Shown: positions 51,801 to 64,000 of the stretch, piece by piece | Layout: each line of letters begins with the position of its first letter | Position numbering within the stretch: position 1 is the first letter of the stretch | NCBI RefSeq assembly: GCF_036588685.1 | Contig: NC_086381.1 | Span: 12,896,001-12,960,000, forward strand | Reading direction: 5' to 3' | Source: Mytilus trossulus | Lineage: Eukaryota | DNA: 64,000 bases | The notes under the pieces: generated by a model | The model's input: only the letters and a program-made list of their open reading frames with translations | What the model was told of the DNA's origin: nothing | The model's database searches: none | Translations under genes and position numbers: made by a program

Positions 51801-54800
51801 TGACCTTATACGCTCTCACTTCATATGGAATTTACTGACCCCATATATACCGTATTAGGTCACTAGCACACTATGTAACTAATGATATACCAACTCACCT
51901 GCATATGGGATATATATATTCCAACTTATTCGGTAATCAAGAGCTTTGAAGCTACTACTCATATTTTGTTAAACGTCCCCAGTGTCTGAGCAGAAAGTTG
52001 ATGAAAGAAGGGTATGTCAAGAACTTCTCATCCTTTTTTCTATAAAAGTCAATCGGAAGGTACCAAGACCTTGTTGATAAATATTCCATATCAGTTTCAC
52101 AAATAATACACGATGGAATTGAATTATAGATTCTGGTACAGACGTAGTTAATCATCCTAATTACGTGTTGTATTAATTTTTTTATGTCTTTATGAATATT
52201 TCTTTTAAGGTTTAGTCCGTTTAGGTGTTCTCCATTAGACGTGACTCTTTATCTTATATCTAACCATCGTGTTATTGTTTTATGATAATTTTGTATTTTT
52301 GTCTTTCATTTTAAAATGTGCTTTGTCTATATGAATTTTGTGCTTCTTTGTTACATATTTTTGTTTTATAGTGATTAAGATCATAAAACAATGTTGAATA
52401 CTCTAACCATAATTTTGACATTGTTATCTATTATGTCTGTTTGTTTTGTTTACACATCGTTTTCAACATAATGGAATTTAATGCGACTGTCATTCAAGTG
52501 AGAGTTTTAGCTAGCCATAAAACTAGTTTCAATCAACCATTTCCTACATAAGAAAATGCATGAACCAAATCAGGAATATAACAGTTGTTATCCATTTGTT
52601 TGGTGTGTTGGAGCTTTTGATTTTTTTCATTTCATAAGAGACTTTCCGTTTTGGATTTTCATCGGAGTTCAGTTTTGTTGTGATTTTACTGATGCAAATT
52701 TCAAGGTTTTGACACAGAAGACTATAATATGGGTCATTCGCAATTTGTTTCAGATAGTATTAAAACATGTTTATCTGTATGATTTCATTTAATAATTGAC
52801 TGTAATATCTTTTCTGTCTATGAAATAAATAATATTACAATTGTGGTGCACACTGGATAACCAGCGTATTCTCAAAAGGTGTAAATATTGATGACGTCGC
52901 GGTCATTTGACAAAATTGCGTCTTTGATCTGATAGTCAAAACACCTTCAGCCAATCAAAGGATGTGTTTCATTCAAAATTAAATTAATGAAATAAATGCT
53001 ATAATTTCGAAAAAGATATTCTGTTATATTTCAAACACTGTATTTTACATTTTTGTAAATTATGTTGAAATCGATAAATAAGGTTTTAATTAAATTACGT
53101 TAAGAGTGTCACAAATATCAGTATTTTTACTAAAAAAACGCTGAAAAGTTCCTTTTAATTCTGTAGACAACGCTGTATATGCAATATGCCAAGACGTAAA
53201 AGTAGAGTCGAAACCGGCCCATTAAGAATTCTCAGTTGGTTGATGTAACAGGACAATTGTAATGTTTAAAATATTACGTATTTTCCTAATTGTTTTGAAA
53301 CTCGTACAATTTAAACAAAGAACCGGGTTTTATTTAATAAATTCTTTATATAATATCTTAAAAAATTTGAATATTTTTTACGAAAATTTGCAGAAAAAAG
53401 TCAGAAGAAACAAATGGAAAAATTTGAATCGAAAAATAAAGACTGAGTAACAGGAATCCTGCTTCAACTGGGATTGATACGAGGTGCTCCTGTAGGGAAA
53501 TACCGATCCTGGTCATAAAATTGCATATGAATTACACTAACTTACATGCAGTATAACAAGCTATTGCAAGCTATGAATAAATATATTTGAAACCGCAAGT
53601 ATTTCATGATATGATAAATATAGTTTGTTGAAAAAAGCTTACGGTTGTATCCCATAACTCCCGACATATGATACCAGATCTCAAAACACAGACCACCTGT
53701 TGTAGCGGGAAAATATGGAGATTGAAGTCTTGCTTTGTCGTTTATTTTTATAGGAGATGATGATTCCATAAACATATAATGTCCTGAAATAACAAGAATC
53801 CTCTTTACATAGTCGTCATATGAAACAAGTATCAATTCAGATAAACACTTTACTTTATACGTTTGAAATATGTGTAGTTTCTTACTTAATTGCAACTAAT
53901 GCACAAGGAAAATAATTTTCGTTTGTGTATAATATATAATATTTATTCGGTAACACTTTTTTTTTTTTTTAAATAAACATTTTGATTTTCATCTCCTTTG
54001 AAAAAGAAACTAATTCCCCTTATTTTACGTCCATTTTCCTACCGTTTCCACCTTTACCCAAGGTATGGTCATATTTAGGACCTGTACGTCGAGTAGGTGT
54101 GGTACCAGAATTCCATTTCCATTCAAAGTTTGCTTGTTTATCATGTTGCCAGTCACATATATTTTCATATTCAAAATCACAATAATTTCCTGGTTCTACA
54201 TCTGCTTACAAAAACAAAGCAAAGAACTGCATAAGACATTTCAAAACGTAACATTGCAATGCTTTATTCATATTGGGTTACACACAAAAGAAATACTGTA
54301 CCATTTTATCATCTCTACGATTAGTTTTCTTTTAAAAATATATTATTTAACTCAAATAATATGCTTTATATTAAAAGTGATCTTTCAATTATTGTCGAAT
54401 GACACAAAGAGGCGCTTGTCACATGAGCAGATTAATAATGTCAAACGGTTAATTTTGTTTTTGTTTTAAATTATGTATTATATTTTAGACATTGCTCGAA
54501 ATCTATCTGTGTTTTATATGTTTTATTTGTTTTGTTTCGTTTTCATATTGAATTAAATGTTTACAAATGTGTTTTTCTATGAAGAATAAACATAAGATTT
54601 CTATTGATCAATATAACGCCATGTCAAACAGAAACACCTCCGTCATTAGCTTTTGGATGGTGCCGGCATTTAAAATTATTGTTGAAAACCTTTAGTAATT
54701 GAAGAGAAATTAACTTTTTGTCGCAAACATTTAGCTTTCTTGATTTAAACGAAATAAACCGTTTTGTTTTTGAAAAATAAATTTTTGAAAAGGTTGAATT

Positions 54801-57800
54801 CGGATGAACATCAAAATATACGTACATTTACATGAAGGGACTGGGGAACTCCAAGTTTTACCATCACAAGTGATCAACTTCTCGCCTATTAATTTTAATG
54901 TTGGAGCACATGTGAATTTTAGTACAGCACCTCCTTGATTTTTAGTAACTGTAAGATTTCCTGAAGATAGAATTTCATCACAACCGTTTCCTGAAAATAA
55001 ATGGTTTATGATTTATACTTGTACAGTTTATGATATTTTGTCTGCTTTATAGATGATTATTCATAAAAACAAACCTTTATTCATCCATTTGTATATTAAA
55101 TCTTTAACAGAGTTTTGGTTATAAGTATTAATTGTTGAGGCTACATTTAATTGAGGTCTAGCTAATGATCGGATTCATTTGCCTTACATAGCAGTTGTAT
55201 ATGTTGTAGTTGTAAAGTAGTTGGTTAGAATTGACAATAAAGTTGTTATTAGTTTGAATATAATTGTTACTGAATTTCATCAAACAGTTTTAATGTAAAA
55301 TATATCAAAAATTATGTTATGTAAACTGAAAAGATTAATTGTTAAAGTTAAATAACAGTTAAATATCTGAAAGTATACTAGTACACAACATGTAAGTAAA
55401 TATAGATATCAAACCTTCGTTCTATTGAATAAAGTAAATAAATTTGCATATATGGAATCGCTTTAAGACTGAACGTAAGAAACATCTTTAGTATCAAAGA
55501 ATTGAGAATAGCAAGAATGTTTTTTTTCAAAATATGTTTTAAAGGCTTGTTTTTCTGAATAATTATATAATAAGGAGAAACTGTGAATAGCTAAATTGTC
55601 AGCAAAACCCGGCGCCGTGTCATCGACTCAGGTCATTGAAGGTGTCTTAGGACTAAGATATGTCCCAAAATCATCTTAAGAGAATGTACTGCTCTTAGTC
55701 GTGGTATCTAAAAGATCTTATCTTATGATATCTCACAATTTTGTTCCAAACTACGTTAGGACTACTAATAAGCTGTCTTAGGATAGTCTTTAGACCATTT
55801 CAACTGTAAGAACAGCTTTGTGATTTCCTACCATATATATAATCAAACATGGTTTACATCATTATGCCCTAGTATAGCAACTTTTTGAAACTAGGGGGGG
55901 GGGGGGCAGGAGGTATTTGTCAAGATAATACATAAGTAATAAACGATCGACTCGATGGAATTATAACACCTTACTCCCCCCACACACATACACGTAATGT
56001 GAGTGTTGTATTATGGTCCATATTTCTGTGTTCAATTAATAATTCATGTCTCAATTTGTTATACCAAGATTACACGAGATTTCCCTTTGAACTATAAAAT
56101 CAGTTTAGCACTTTTGAGTTCGTCAAATCTAATTATTTATAACTGAAAGTATATATTTATAGATTATTGTTGATCATCTCAACGAGATTGAATTTCTCGC
56201 TTGAGCCGGTACAAGGTGATTATCAGTCAAGATGATCAAAGGAGAATATCGTGAAATTAGTATGTGCAAAGATGATTTGTATTATTAAATAATTCATATT
56301 TTCTAGCTGTATTGAAGTAGTAATTATGCATATGCTCAAAGCATTTCAATTCATCATAAATTATGTTTGTAATTCTTTTTGTCTTTATTATCAGTTTGTA
56401 GATGAAAACATTTTTGGTTTCGAAAACTTACGGCCTAACTTATATACAAAAACAAATATGTAACACATAAACAAAAAACAACCATTGAATTACAGGCGCC
56501 TTACTTGGGACAGGCACATACATACAGAATGTGGCGGGGTTAGACATGTTAGCAATAGACCTTTCAGTCGATATAAGCAGACTCATCGGAATTTAATTGC
56601 TGCTTGAAAGTTTCAGAGGGGCTTACTAAAAGTTTTGGGTAGTTGGTATAACTTACTTACGTATACAAACAGGTGGCGGAAGACTCCACTTGTCGTTTGA
56701 ACAGATGATAATTTTTGCTCCAAATAACTTGTATTTACGATAGCATCTGAACTTTGCAATTCTGCCTCTTGCTCGCAGTCTTACTCGACCATGTGCTGGG
56801 TTTTCTAGGGTTGCACACTTTTGGACAAAAACTAAAACAAAATATAAAAAATGGTAAAAGGAGATTGGTTAAATATACAAACTTTCAGTCCAACAGGACA
56901 AACCAAAACATACAGTTACAATTTGTGAAAAAATTGATGCCAAAAATTGAAAACGAAAATATGAATATTAGTAAAATTGGATTGGTCAAATAAAAAGAAA
57001 TGTTGTTAAATAGGACGACCAATAGTATAATATCACATTTAGGACACACCAATATAATTGTTTTGCATTATCTGTCTTGGATAATTTCTTACGTTTTCGT
57101 TATTGGGATAACTATGTGTTTATAATACAAGTGGTCAGTTACATTTATTTCCATATATTCATATCTATTATAAGAGGGTGGTAAAGGGTTATTCTCGTGC
57201 AATGTTTTTTGGCCTTTTGGTTTCACGCGTTTTCGTGTTTTGACATATAAATTCTTATGTTCTCGTGTTTGGTTCGATGTGCCTGATTCGTGTTTTCCCT
57301 TATTTATTTTTCGTGTTTCGTGTCGGCTCTTTGTTAGTTCAATTAATCATGACGTCTTGAAAGGCTGTTATCCTTTTTTACTTTGACCCCTTGCAGCGAC
57401 GTTGTAAGGCGTCAAAGCAAAAAAAATGTAATACCCTTTCAAGACGTCATAATTATCTGGACTTGATCTTTGTATGAAATGTGAAATAATACTTTGCACA
57501 ATAAATGAATTTTATGAACGCCTCACAGTAAAGAGAGTAAACAAAACAGCTTACATTAAGAAAAATGAAAAACGTACATCAACGTATCAATAAATGTAAC
57601 AGCTGTCCTTCATCAGATGATGTAAAATGATTTTCATTAATATATACTGATATCCGAAAACAATCTTGATCGTAATCCAATTTTGACACTAAACCAAAGT
57701 TATGTATTTCTTTAATCTAAAAGTTCACGAAAGTATGTAAACATTCAAAATGAAAGGGAAACTGACCAAAACAAACATTGAGTTACAGAGGGCAAATGCA

Positions 57801-60800
57801 TAAGATAAGTTCGGATTTTTAATGGAATGTTAATAAATAATCAATTTTACTATATTTAAAAGAGGGACGAAAGATACCAAAGAGATAGTCAAACTCAAAA
57901 TTTGAAAACAAACTGACAACGCCAAGGCTAAAAAAACGACAAACAGACAAACATAGTACACACAACATAGAAACACGAACCCCATTGAAAACAAGGGGTG
58001 ATCTCAGGTGCTCCGGAAAGGTACGCAGATCCTGTCCCTCATGTGGCATCCGTCTTGTTGCTCATGTTTTAACAAATCCGGTAAATAGTCTAATACGGTA
58101 GGTCACATTCATGAAAAGGAAGGGAAGGGATTATAGTAATACGACGTAGTGTACATATCCGATATTATCTGTGTAAACGGTTATTTAATAACGGTCGTCA
58201 ACTCGTGATGACGTCCGTAAAATTTACGAAGGGATGATTTCAATTGGAACTATAAAAAAGAAGATGTGGTATGATTGCCAATGAGACAACTATCCACAAA
58301 ATACCAAAATGACACAGCCATTAACAACTATAGGTAACCGTTCGGCCTTCAACAATAAGCTAAGCTCATACCGCATAGTCAGCTATAAAAGGCCCCAATA
58401 AGACAATGTAAAACAATTCAAACCAGAAAACTAACAGCCTTATTTATAAAAAAAAATGAACGAAAATCAAATGTAACACATAAACAACCGACAACCACTG
58501 TATTACAGGCTCCTGACTTGGGACAGGCACATACATAAATAATGTGGCAGGGTAAAACATGTTAACGGGATCCAAATCCTTCCGCTAACCTGGGACAGTG
58601 GTATAACAGTACAACATGGAACTGTTGGTTTAGTAGCTTCCTTGTATACCGTATGCAGGTGATGCTGAAATGTTGATACTTAGAAATGGAAAGTTCACAT
58701 TTGGAAAGCTATAATATTCATTATAGCAAAAATAATGATATATGGAATAATTTCTACAATGTGCACAAGTAACAAAAGAGATGGATAAATACAAGATTGA
58801 AATTCTAGGACTAAGCGAAGTCAGATGAAACACATTAGGTATGACAAATTTGAAAAACAGGCCACATAACTATATATTCTAGAAACACCAAACAAGATGA
58901 CCCCAATGAAGTGGTTGTTGGATTTCTTATAACAAAAAGATCTAAAACAACCTTGCTAGATTCGAATCCCATCTCACCATAATTATATCACAGCACTCTT
59001 TAAATCACGTTTAAAGAAAAATCTTTGATACAAGTATATGCCCCTACCAATGGTGCAGACGACTGTGAAAAGGAAGATTCTATCACTCGTTACAAACAAC
59101 CATAGAAAAAGTGCCAAAAAGAGACCTATTGGTACTCATATGTGGCCGTACTTTAACCTATAATGGTTTAATTTTTAAATTGTTATTTGGATGGAGAGTT
59201 GTCTCATTGGCACTCACACCACATCTTCCTATATCCAATTAAGGCCAAGGTTTGATTAGACAGAAAGGGATTGGAGAGAGAAATTGGTCCTAATGGGATA
59301 TGCAAAATGAATGAAAACGGCGAACTTTTTGCAGACTTCTGTGCTACCAACAACCTTGTTAGAGGAGGAACACTCTTTAAACTCAAAAATTACCATAAGG
59401 TAACCTGGGTGTCACCAGCAGGAAATGTAGAAAACAAAACCCAAAACCAAATAGACCACATAACCATTTCTCAAAGATCGAGGTCTTCACTGCAAGATGT
59501 AAGGGCAAAATGAGGAGCAGATGCAGCATCAGACCATCATCTAGTTATAGTGTAAAAAAAGATGAAATGTTTAGCCCAAAAAAAGAACAGTTGTCAAAAG
59601 AAGAAAGTTTAGCGATGCTAAGCTCAGAATACCAAACATAGGAGAAGAATTCCAAATATCTCTTCAAAACCGATTTTTAGCTATAAGTGACCTGGATATA
59701 GAGAACAGCAATATTAATGACACAAGGGAGCAGGCAAAAAATGTAATCATAGAAACATGCGAGGAAATATTGGGATAAATGCAGTCTAAATGCAAAACTG
59801 GATGTCAGATGATACAAGGTTGAAGAAAGGAGAAAGGCCAAAGAAAAAGTTTTAAATGCCACCACAAGACAACAGAAAGCACAAACAAAAGATCTTTATA
59901 GTGAGACAAAGAAGTAAAGAAGAACTGTAAACATGACAAAAGAGACTATGTTGAACAACTAGCGTACGAACCAGAAATTGCCTGTAGCAAAAGAGACATA
60001 AAATATCTCTACAACACAACTCGACAAATTAGTGGCAGAATTTCCAACTCAAATGCTACAGTTAAAGACAAAAATGACAATGTAATTACAAAATGTGAAG
60101 AACAATTAAATCGATGGAAAGAACATTTTGAAGAAGTGCTAAACAGGCTCCTTCCCAACAAACCCACCTAACATCGAAGGGAGACAGGCCCTAAATATCA
60201 AGGTATATATAACCAAAAAAGAAGTTAATGCGGCAAAAAAAAACATTTGAAAAATAAAAAAGAAGGAGGGATCGACAACACCCCCTGAAGCTATTAAGGC
60301 AATGGATTACATCTGTTTTGGTAAACTTCACCAACTACTTAAAAAAAATTGAAATGACGAACAGATACCTGAAGATTTGAGTAAAGGAATCCTCATTAAA
60401 CTAAAAAAAAAAAAGACGATAAAGCCATCGTTAGCAACTGGAGAGGTATTTTTTTGCTTTCCAATTCTAGCAAGGTCCTATGTCACATCATCCTACAAAG
60501 ATTAAATTGCTGAGAGATGAACAGTCCGGTTACAGACAAGAGAGATTATGCATTGACCAAATTGCTACACTAAGAATCATCATTGAGCAAACCATTGAAT
60601 GGCAGACAACCCTATACCTAACATTTGTAGATTTTGAGAGGGTCTTCGATAGTATAGACCATGAAGTACTGTGGAAAACCCGTAGGCATTATGGAATACC
60701 TGACAAAACGATATCCGTCATCCAACAGCTCTATGACGGTTTTAATTGTCAAGTGAGCCATGCAGAGACCCTGACAGATCCATTTTCTGTAACTACTGGT

Positions 60801-63389
60801 GTGAGGCAATGATGTTGACTCTCCCCTCTCTTATTTCTGATGGTTATAGATTGGGTGAGTAGGAAATCATACAACACTCCTCACGGTATTAAATGGACAC
60901 TACAGTCATGCATCGAAGACCGTAAGGTTTGCAGACAATATTTTCCAAGACTCACAAAATCAAGCAACCAACCTTGAAACAACTGCAAAACAAGTAGGAC
61001 TGTATATTAATGCAAATAAGACCAAATATATGAGAGTAAACGCAAACAACTTTAACAAAATCAAAATGAGAGATGCTGAAATTGAAGATGTCTGAGGATT
61101 TACATATCCTGGAAGTGTAATCAGTACATCAGGTGGGACAGATGAGGACATCCAATCTGGAAAAAGAAAAGCACAACAAGCCTTTGCAATCGTTAAACCA
61201 GTCTGGAAGAGCAAAGCATTCAGAACAAATACCAACATCAGGATCTTCAACTCCAATGTAAAATCTATACTTCTCTATGGATCAGAAACTTGGAGACTAA
61301 CAGCTGTATCAAAAACACCACAAGTTTTCATGAACAGGTCTTAGGAACATAATTGGAATCAAGTGGCCTAACACCATTAGCAACAAAAAACTATGGAAAA
61401 GGACTAAACAGGAACCAATAACAAAAACAATTACGACACGAAGATGGAAATGGCTTGAACGCACGTTACGTAAATCAACACTAATGAAAATAGACAGGAA
61501 CTAGATTGTAATCCGCAGGGCCATCGTAAAAGACAAAAATCCACATGGCGCAGAGATCTTACATCTGATCTACAGAAAATTGGGAAAACATGGGGAGAAG
61601 CAAAGAAAATAGCCAAAGAAGGATGGAAAGCTACTGTAGTCGCCCTAAGTCAAGTAAGAATCATTTCTAGCACATCGTAAGGGAGAATTTTTACTTCGTT
61701 CAAAGTATACTACTGTGTTATGGTTATTATTTCTAGATCTGATCGTTCGTTTTTACCAAGAGTTAAAACATTAAACGGTACAAATGTTACTGTACTAGTA
61801 CAATACATATGAACATTTGTTTGTTAACAATTTTATCAATTTTGACATGTGACATACACATTGAAATCGGTAAAACGATAATTGGGAAAATTGTATACGA
61901 GTTGATATCTAAAATAATATGTGTATGTCTAAAAATATTAATGATCTGGCACTGACACACCGTGTCTTCATGGGATAAATATTACAGAATGTATGAAGCA
62001 GTTGAAATATAGATCCCTCCGGTAAGTTGACACTAAATTGATTTAGCTTTTATCTTAAATACATTTTCTTCATATAGCTTTTCACGTGTTTTCCTCGGCT
62101 TTCAAATATTTGCTTTTGATGTCACTCCGAACGAGGAAAGCGTTTCGAATCCATAACATTGTAATGTGCAATAACATTTATTTTTTCTTAGCTTCATATA
62201 AATGAATATCTAATAATGGTTGAAACCCACTTCGTCCTTTTATTAAAAAAAACAACAGTTTTATGACTCATCGTTTTACACTCTTAAACTAACCAGTTGA
62301 TATAGAATATCACAAAAATAACAAAATAAAACATAAGAATTTAGTTAATATTAGGTCTAGAAATAATCTTGTTTTTATATTTCAAATGAAGTACAAAATT
62401 CCTTATAATGTCCTCCATGTTCTATTTTACAAATGGAAAACATGGTCTACGTCAAACTGCTTTATTCATCACACAATTTCATAAGTGTTATGACTTCTGT
62501 TTATTAACTTTAAAATTAAAGAATCTTGAAAACAAGGAAATAATGAACTTATCTGTTAGTATCATAAATGTGTAAAATTATGTACATATCCTCTTTGTCA
62601 CAATTTAAACAGATAGTATCGTTTAACAAGTTTTTGCACACTCTGGGATTTTGATCGACAGAGATAACTTGTTGACATCTTAAATGACCTGACTATATAG
62701 ACCAGTTTGAAAAAAATTATGTGAATATTTGGTATTGTTTATATCTGTAAATTATATTTGTACAGAATCTATCTTGTTGAAAGAAACTTTAAACCACTAA
62801 AAGAAGAATATATGCTTCATTACTTTTCTTCCGTTTTCAGATTCTTTACCTTGATGTCCTGACAAATCTAATAAAATTTCAACTAATGAATTTTGAAATC
62901 TAGGTTGTAGCTTGATATAAGATATGAAAACACCTTATGAGTTATTTGTTATACTCTAATGACGGCTCTAATATCAAGAATGCATATTGTGTTGAATAGA
63001 AGTGGTAAAGTAACTTAGTTATAGTTTTATATAAAAAATCTTCTGTTGCAATTACTTCAAGGTTAGGGTCTAATTTATTCTAGATCGACTGGACTAATAT
63101 CACAAAGGATGGTTATGAAATGATTTGAAATTTTGTATTTACACCAGACGTGTCTACAAAAGACTTGTTAGTGATGCTCGAATCAAAATGTAATATTAAA
63201 GCCAAATAAAATACAAGGTTTGTGAGCACTGATCTCTGCTTATTTTAACTTCTTGCATAAGATATAAGTCAGTATAACACAAAGAACACAAAATATTAAC
63301 CCTTTTTTAGTGATGTAATCATACTACTTACCTTGTCGAATTTCAAAAGCTATTAATAGAAAAACAAATTGGAAAAGTACAGTCCTCAT
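45545..63389 (-). CDS. Paralog C (whole gene, 11 coding exons): Sushi x2 - MAM - mucin stalk - TM protein, about 578 aa
   Basis: Exons 58+171+165+159+141+146+82+180+180+177+278 = 1737 nt. All junctions are GT-AG with compatible phases, and no internal stop was found. Confidence 0.85.
46100..46276 (-). CDS. Paralog C exon 10: Thr/Ser-rich repeat 3
   Basis: 177 bp, phase 1/1, homologous to exons 8 and 9. Confidence 0.75.
46577..46756 (-). CDS. Paralog C exon 9: Thr/Ser-rich repeat 2
   Basis: 180 bp, phase 1/1. ...[38 protein letters not shown]. Confidence 0.75.
47099..47278 (-). CDS. Paralog C exon 8: Thr/Ser-rich repeat 1
   Basis: 180 bp, phase 1/1. [60 protein letters not shown]. Confidence 0.75.
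49015..49096 (-). CDS. Paralog C exon 7: MAM domain C-terminus
   Basis: 82 bp, phase 0/1. [27 protein letters not shown] contains the MAM DIxxDD...C motif. Confidence 0.85.
50846..50991 (-). CDS. Paralog C exon 6: MAM part 3
   Basis: 146 bp. [49 protein letters not shown]. Confidence 0.88.
51230..52110 (+). mobile_element. Highly decayed Penelope-like fragment split by an unrelated insertion
   Basis: ATCTATGACAAGCGAGACGATTTT (YDKRDDF) at about 51275, continuing at about 51885 with TCACCTGCATATGGG (PAYG). Confidence 0.5.
53643..53783 (-). CDS. Paralog C exon 5: MAM part 2
   Basis: 141 bp, cag/gtaagc. [42 protein letters not shown]. Confidence 0.88.
54043..54201 (-). CDS. Paralog C exon 4: MAM part 1
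   Basis: 159 bp. [47 protein letters not shown]. Confidence 0.88.
54826..54990 (-). CDS. Paralog C exon 3: Sushi/CCP domain 2
   Basis: 165 bp. [54 protein letters not shown]. Confidence 0.88.
56661..56831 (-). CDS. Paralog C exon 2: Sushi/CCP domain 1
   Basis: 171 bp, tag/gtaagt. [57 protein letters not shown]. Confidence 0.9.
57857..58710 (-). mobile_element. Penelope-like element 3' fragment interrupted by a SINE-like insertion
   Basis: Collinear with 19220-19800; encodes the remnant [20 protein letters not shown]. Confidence 0.75.
58252..58616 (-). mobile_element. 5'-truncated SINE-like copy with 7-bp TSD
   Basis: TGGAACT is duplicated at 58245-58251 and 58617-58623. Homologous to 505-1412. 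Confidence 0.75.
59030..61660 (+). mobile_element. Decayed RTE-clade LINE (APE endonuclease + RT), multiple stops and frameshifts
   Basis: [21 protein letters not shown]...NQIDHI, ASDHHLV, EQSGYR...[22 protein letters not shown] and TGVRQ. Confidence 0.88.
63332..63389 (-). CDS. Paralog C coding exon 1: signal peptide
   Basis: [19 protein letters not shown]+G|gtaagt. 58 bp, phase 1, homologous to 17620-17677. Confidence 0.8.
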
Positions 63390-63404
63390 CTTTTCAAAAT
63401 GATT

Positions 63405-63490
63405 TATGCAAACGTTCCATCAAATAATATCTTCAAAACCCTTTCCTACCACCACAGTCAAAAGACATTAGTATTTGAAGCAGGATGTTG
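63405..63490 (-). promoter_or_regulatory. Conserved block upstream of the paralog C start codon
   Basis: Homologous to 17690-17780. Confidence 0.5.
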
Positions 63491-64000
63491 GTTTTCATTG
63501 GCTTACTGTACTTACGGTATCATATATAGGTATATAATTTCATATGTTACTGCACACAATGAACGACAACTACCATATAATGATCTATCATAGAGCATAC
63601 TACAGGTACAGAATGGACAAGTATTGTTAGTTCGAATGGTCTCGTTTATCATAGATTTTAGTCTGAAGTTGTCCATCTGTGTCAATATAGAGAAAAGGGG
63701 GTACTATATGTTTCATAATGTCGTTACAATTGACAATGAATTTTATAGAGAAAGCAAACTACAGATTGAATTAAATAAAATGGAATATATTAGCTAAACA
63801 GGTTAATGCTGACTGTGTTTAACAGAATGTCCAAATATATCAGTTTTAATTTTGTAGATAGCCTTTTTCGATTTTCAAATGAAAACTACAGCTTCAGTTA
63901 TATAAGTAAATATGACAGCTCTTATTATTTTCTAATATATATATGACATTTTAAAATCTTAAAATGACATTATAACATTAGTAGTCTCTCTTGTATTTGT

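Noticed and set aside
55893-55906. Poly-G tract as a functional G-quadruplex
   Set aside because: An isolated homopolymer of uncertain length, not conserved in the paralogous introns.
60960-61256. 98-aa hydrophobic minus-strand ORF resembling a secreted protein
   Set aside because: Antisense shadow of the RTE reverse transcriptase remnant.
63135-63185. Additional hammerhead ribozyme
   Set aside because: A family remnant with the GAAA/stem III deleted and the core mutated.

Overview
AT-rich animal genomic DNA, most likely a mytilid mussel (Mytilus-like). The organism is inferred from the repeat families and hammerhead retrozymes and is not proven. The backbone is a minus-strand tandem cluster of three paralogous multi-exon genes. 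They encode a type-I membrane protein: signal peptide - 2x Sushi/CCP - MAM - Thr/Ser-rich mucin-like stalk - TM - short Tyr-containing tail. Paralog C (63389->45545, 11 coding exons, about 578 aa) reconstructs intact with canonical GT-AG junctions. Paralog B (33678->26267) lacks the last MAM exon and the stalk exons, has a frameshifted tail, and carries a 10x77-bp amplification of one splice acceptor. Paralog A has only its first two coding exons in the window. Intron 2 of paralog A holds two nearly identical, oppositely oriented copies of a 3.3-kb non-autonomous DNA transposon (115-bp CAC...GTG TIRs, 5-bp TSD, a Transib/RAG-like signature) flanking a 17/23-bp minisatellite. The rest is dense with TTAA (Kolobok-type) MITEs, foldback MITEs, Helentron/HINE-like and SINE-like repeats, decayed Penelope-like, L1/Tx1 and RTE retroelements, and several minimal type-I hammerhead ribozymes. 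All coordinates were read by eye.
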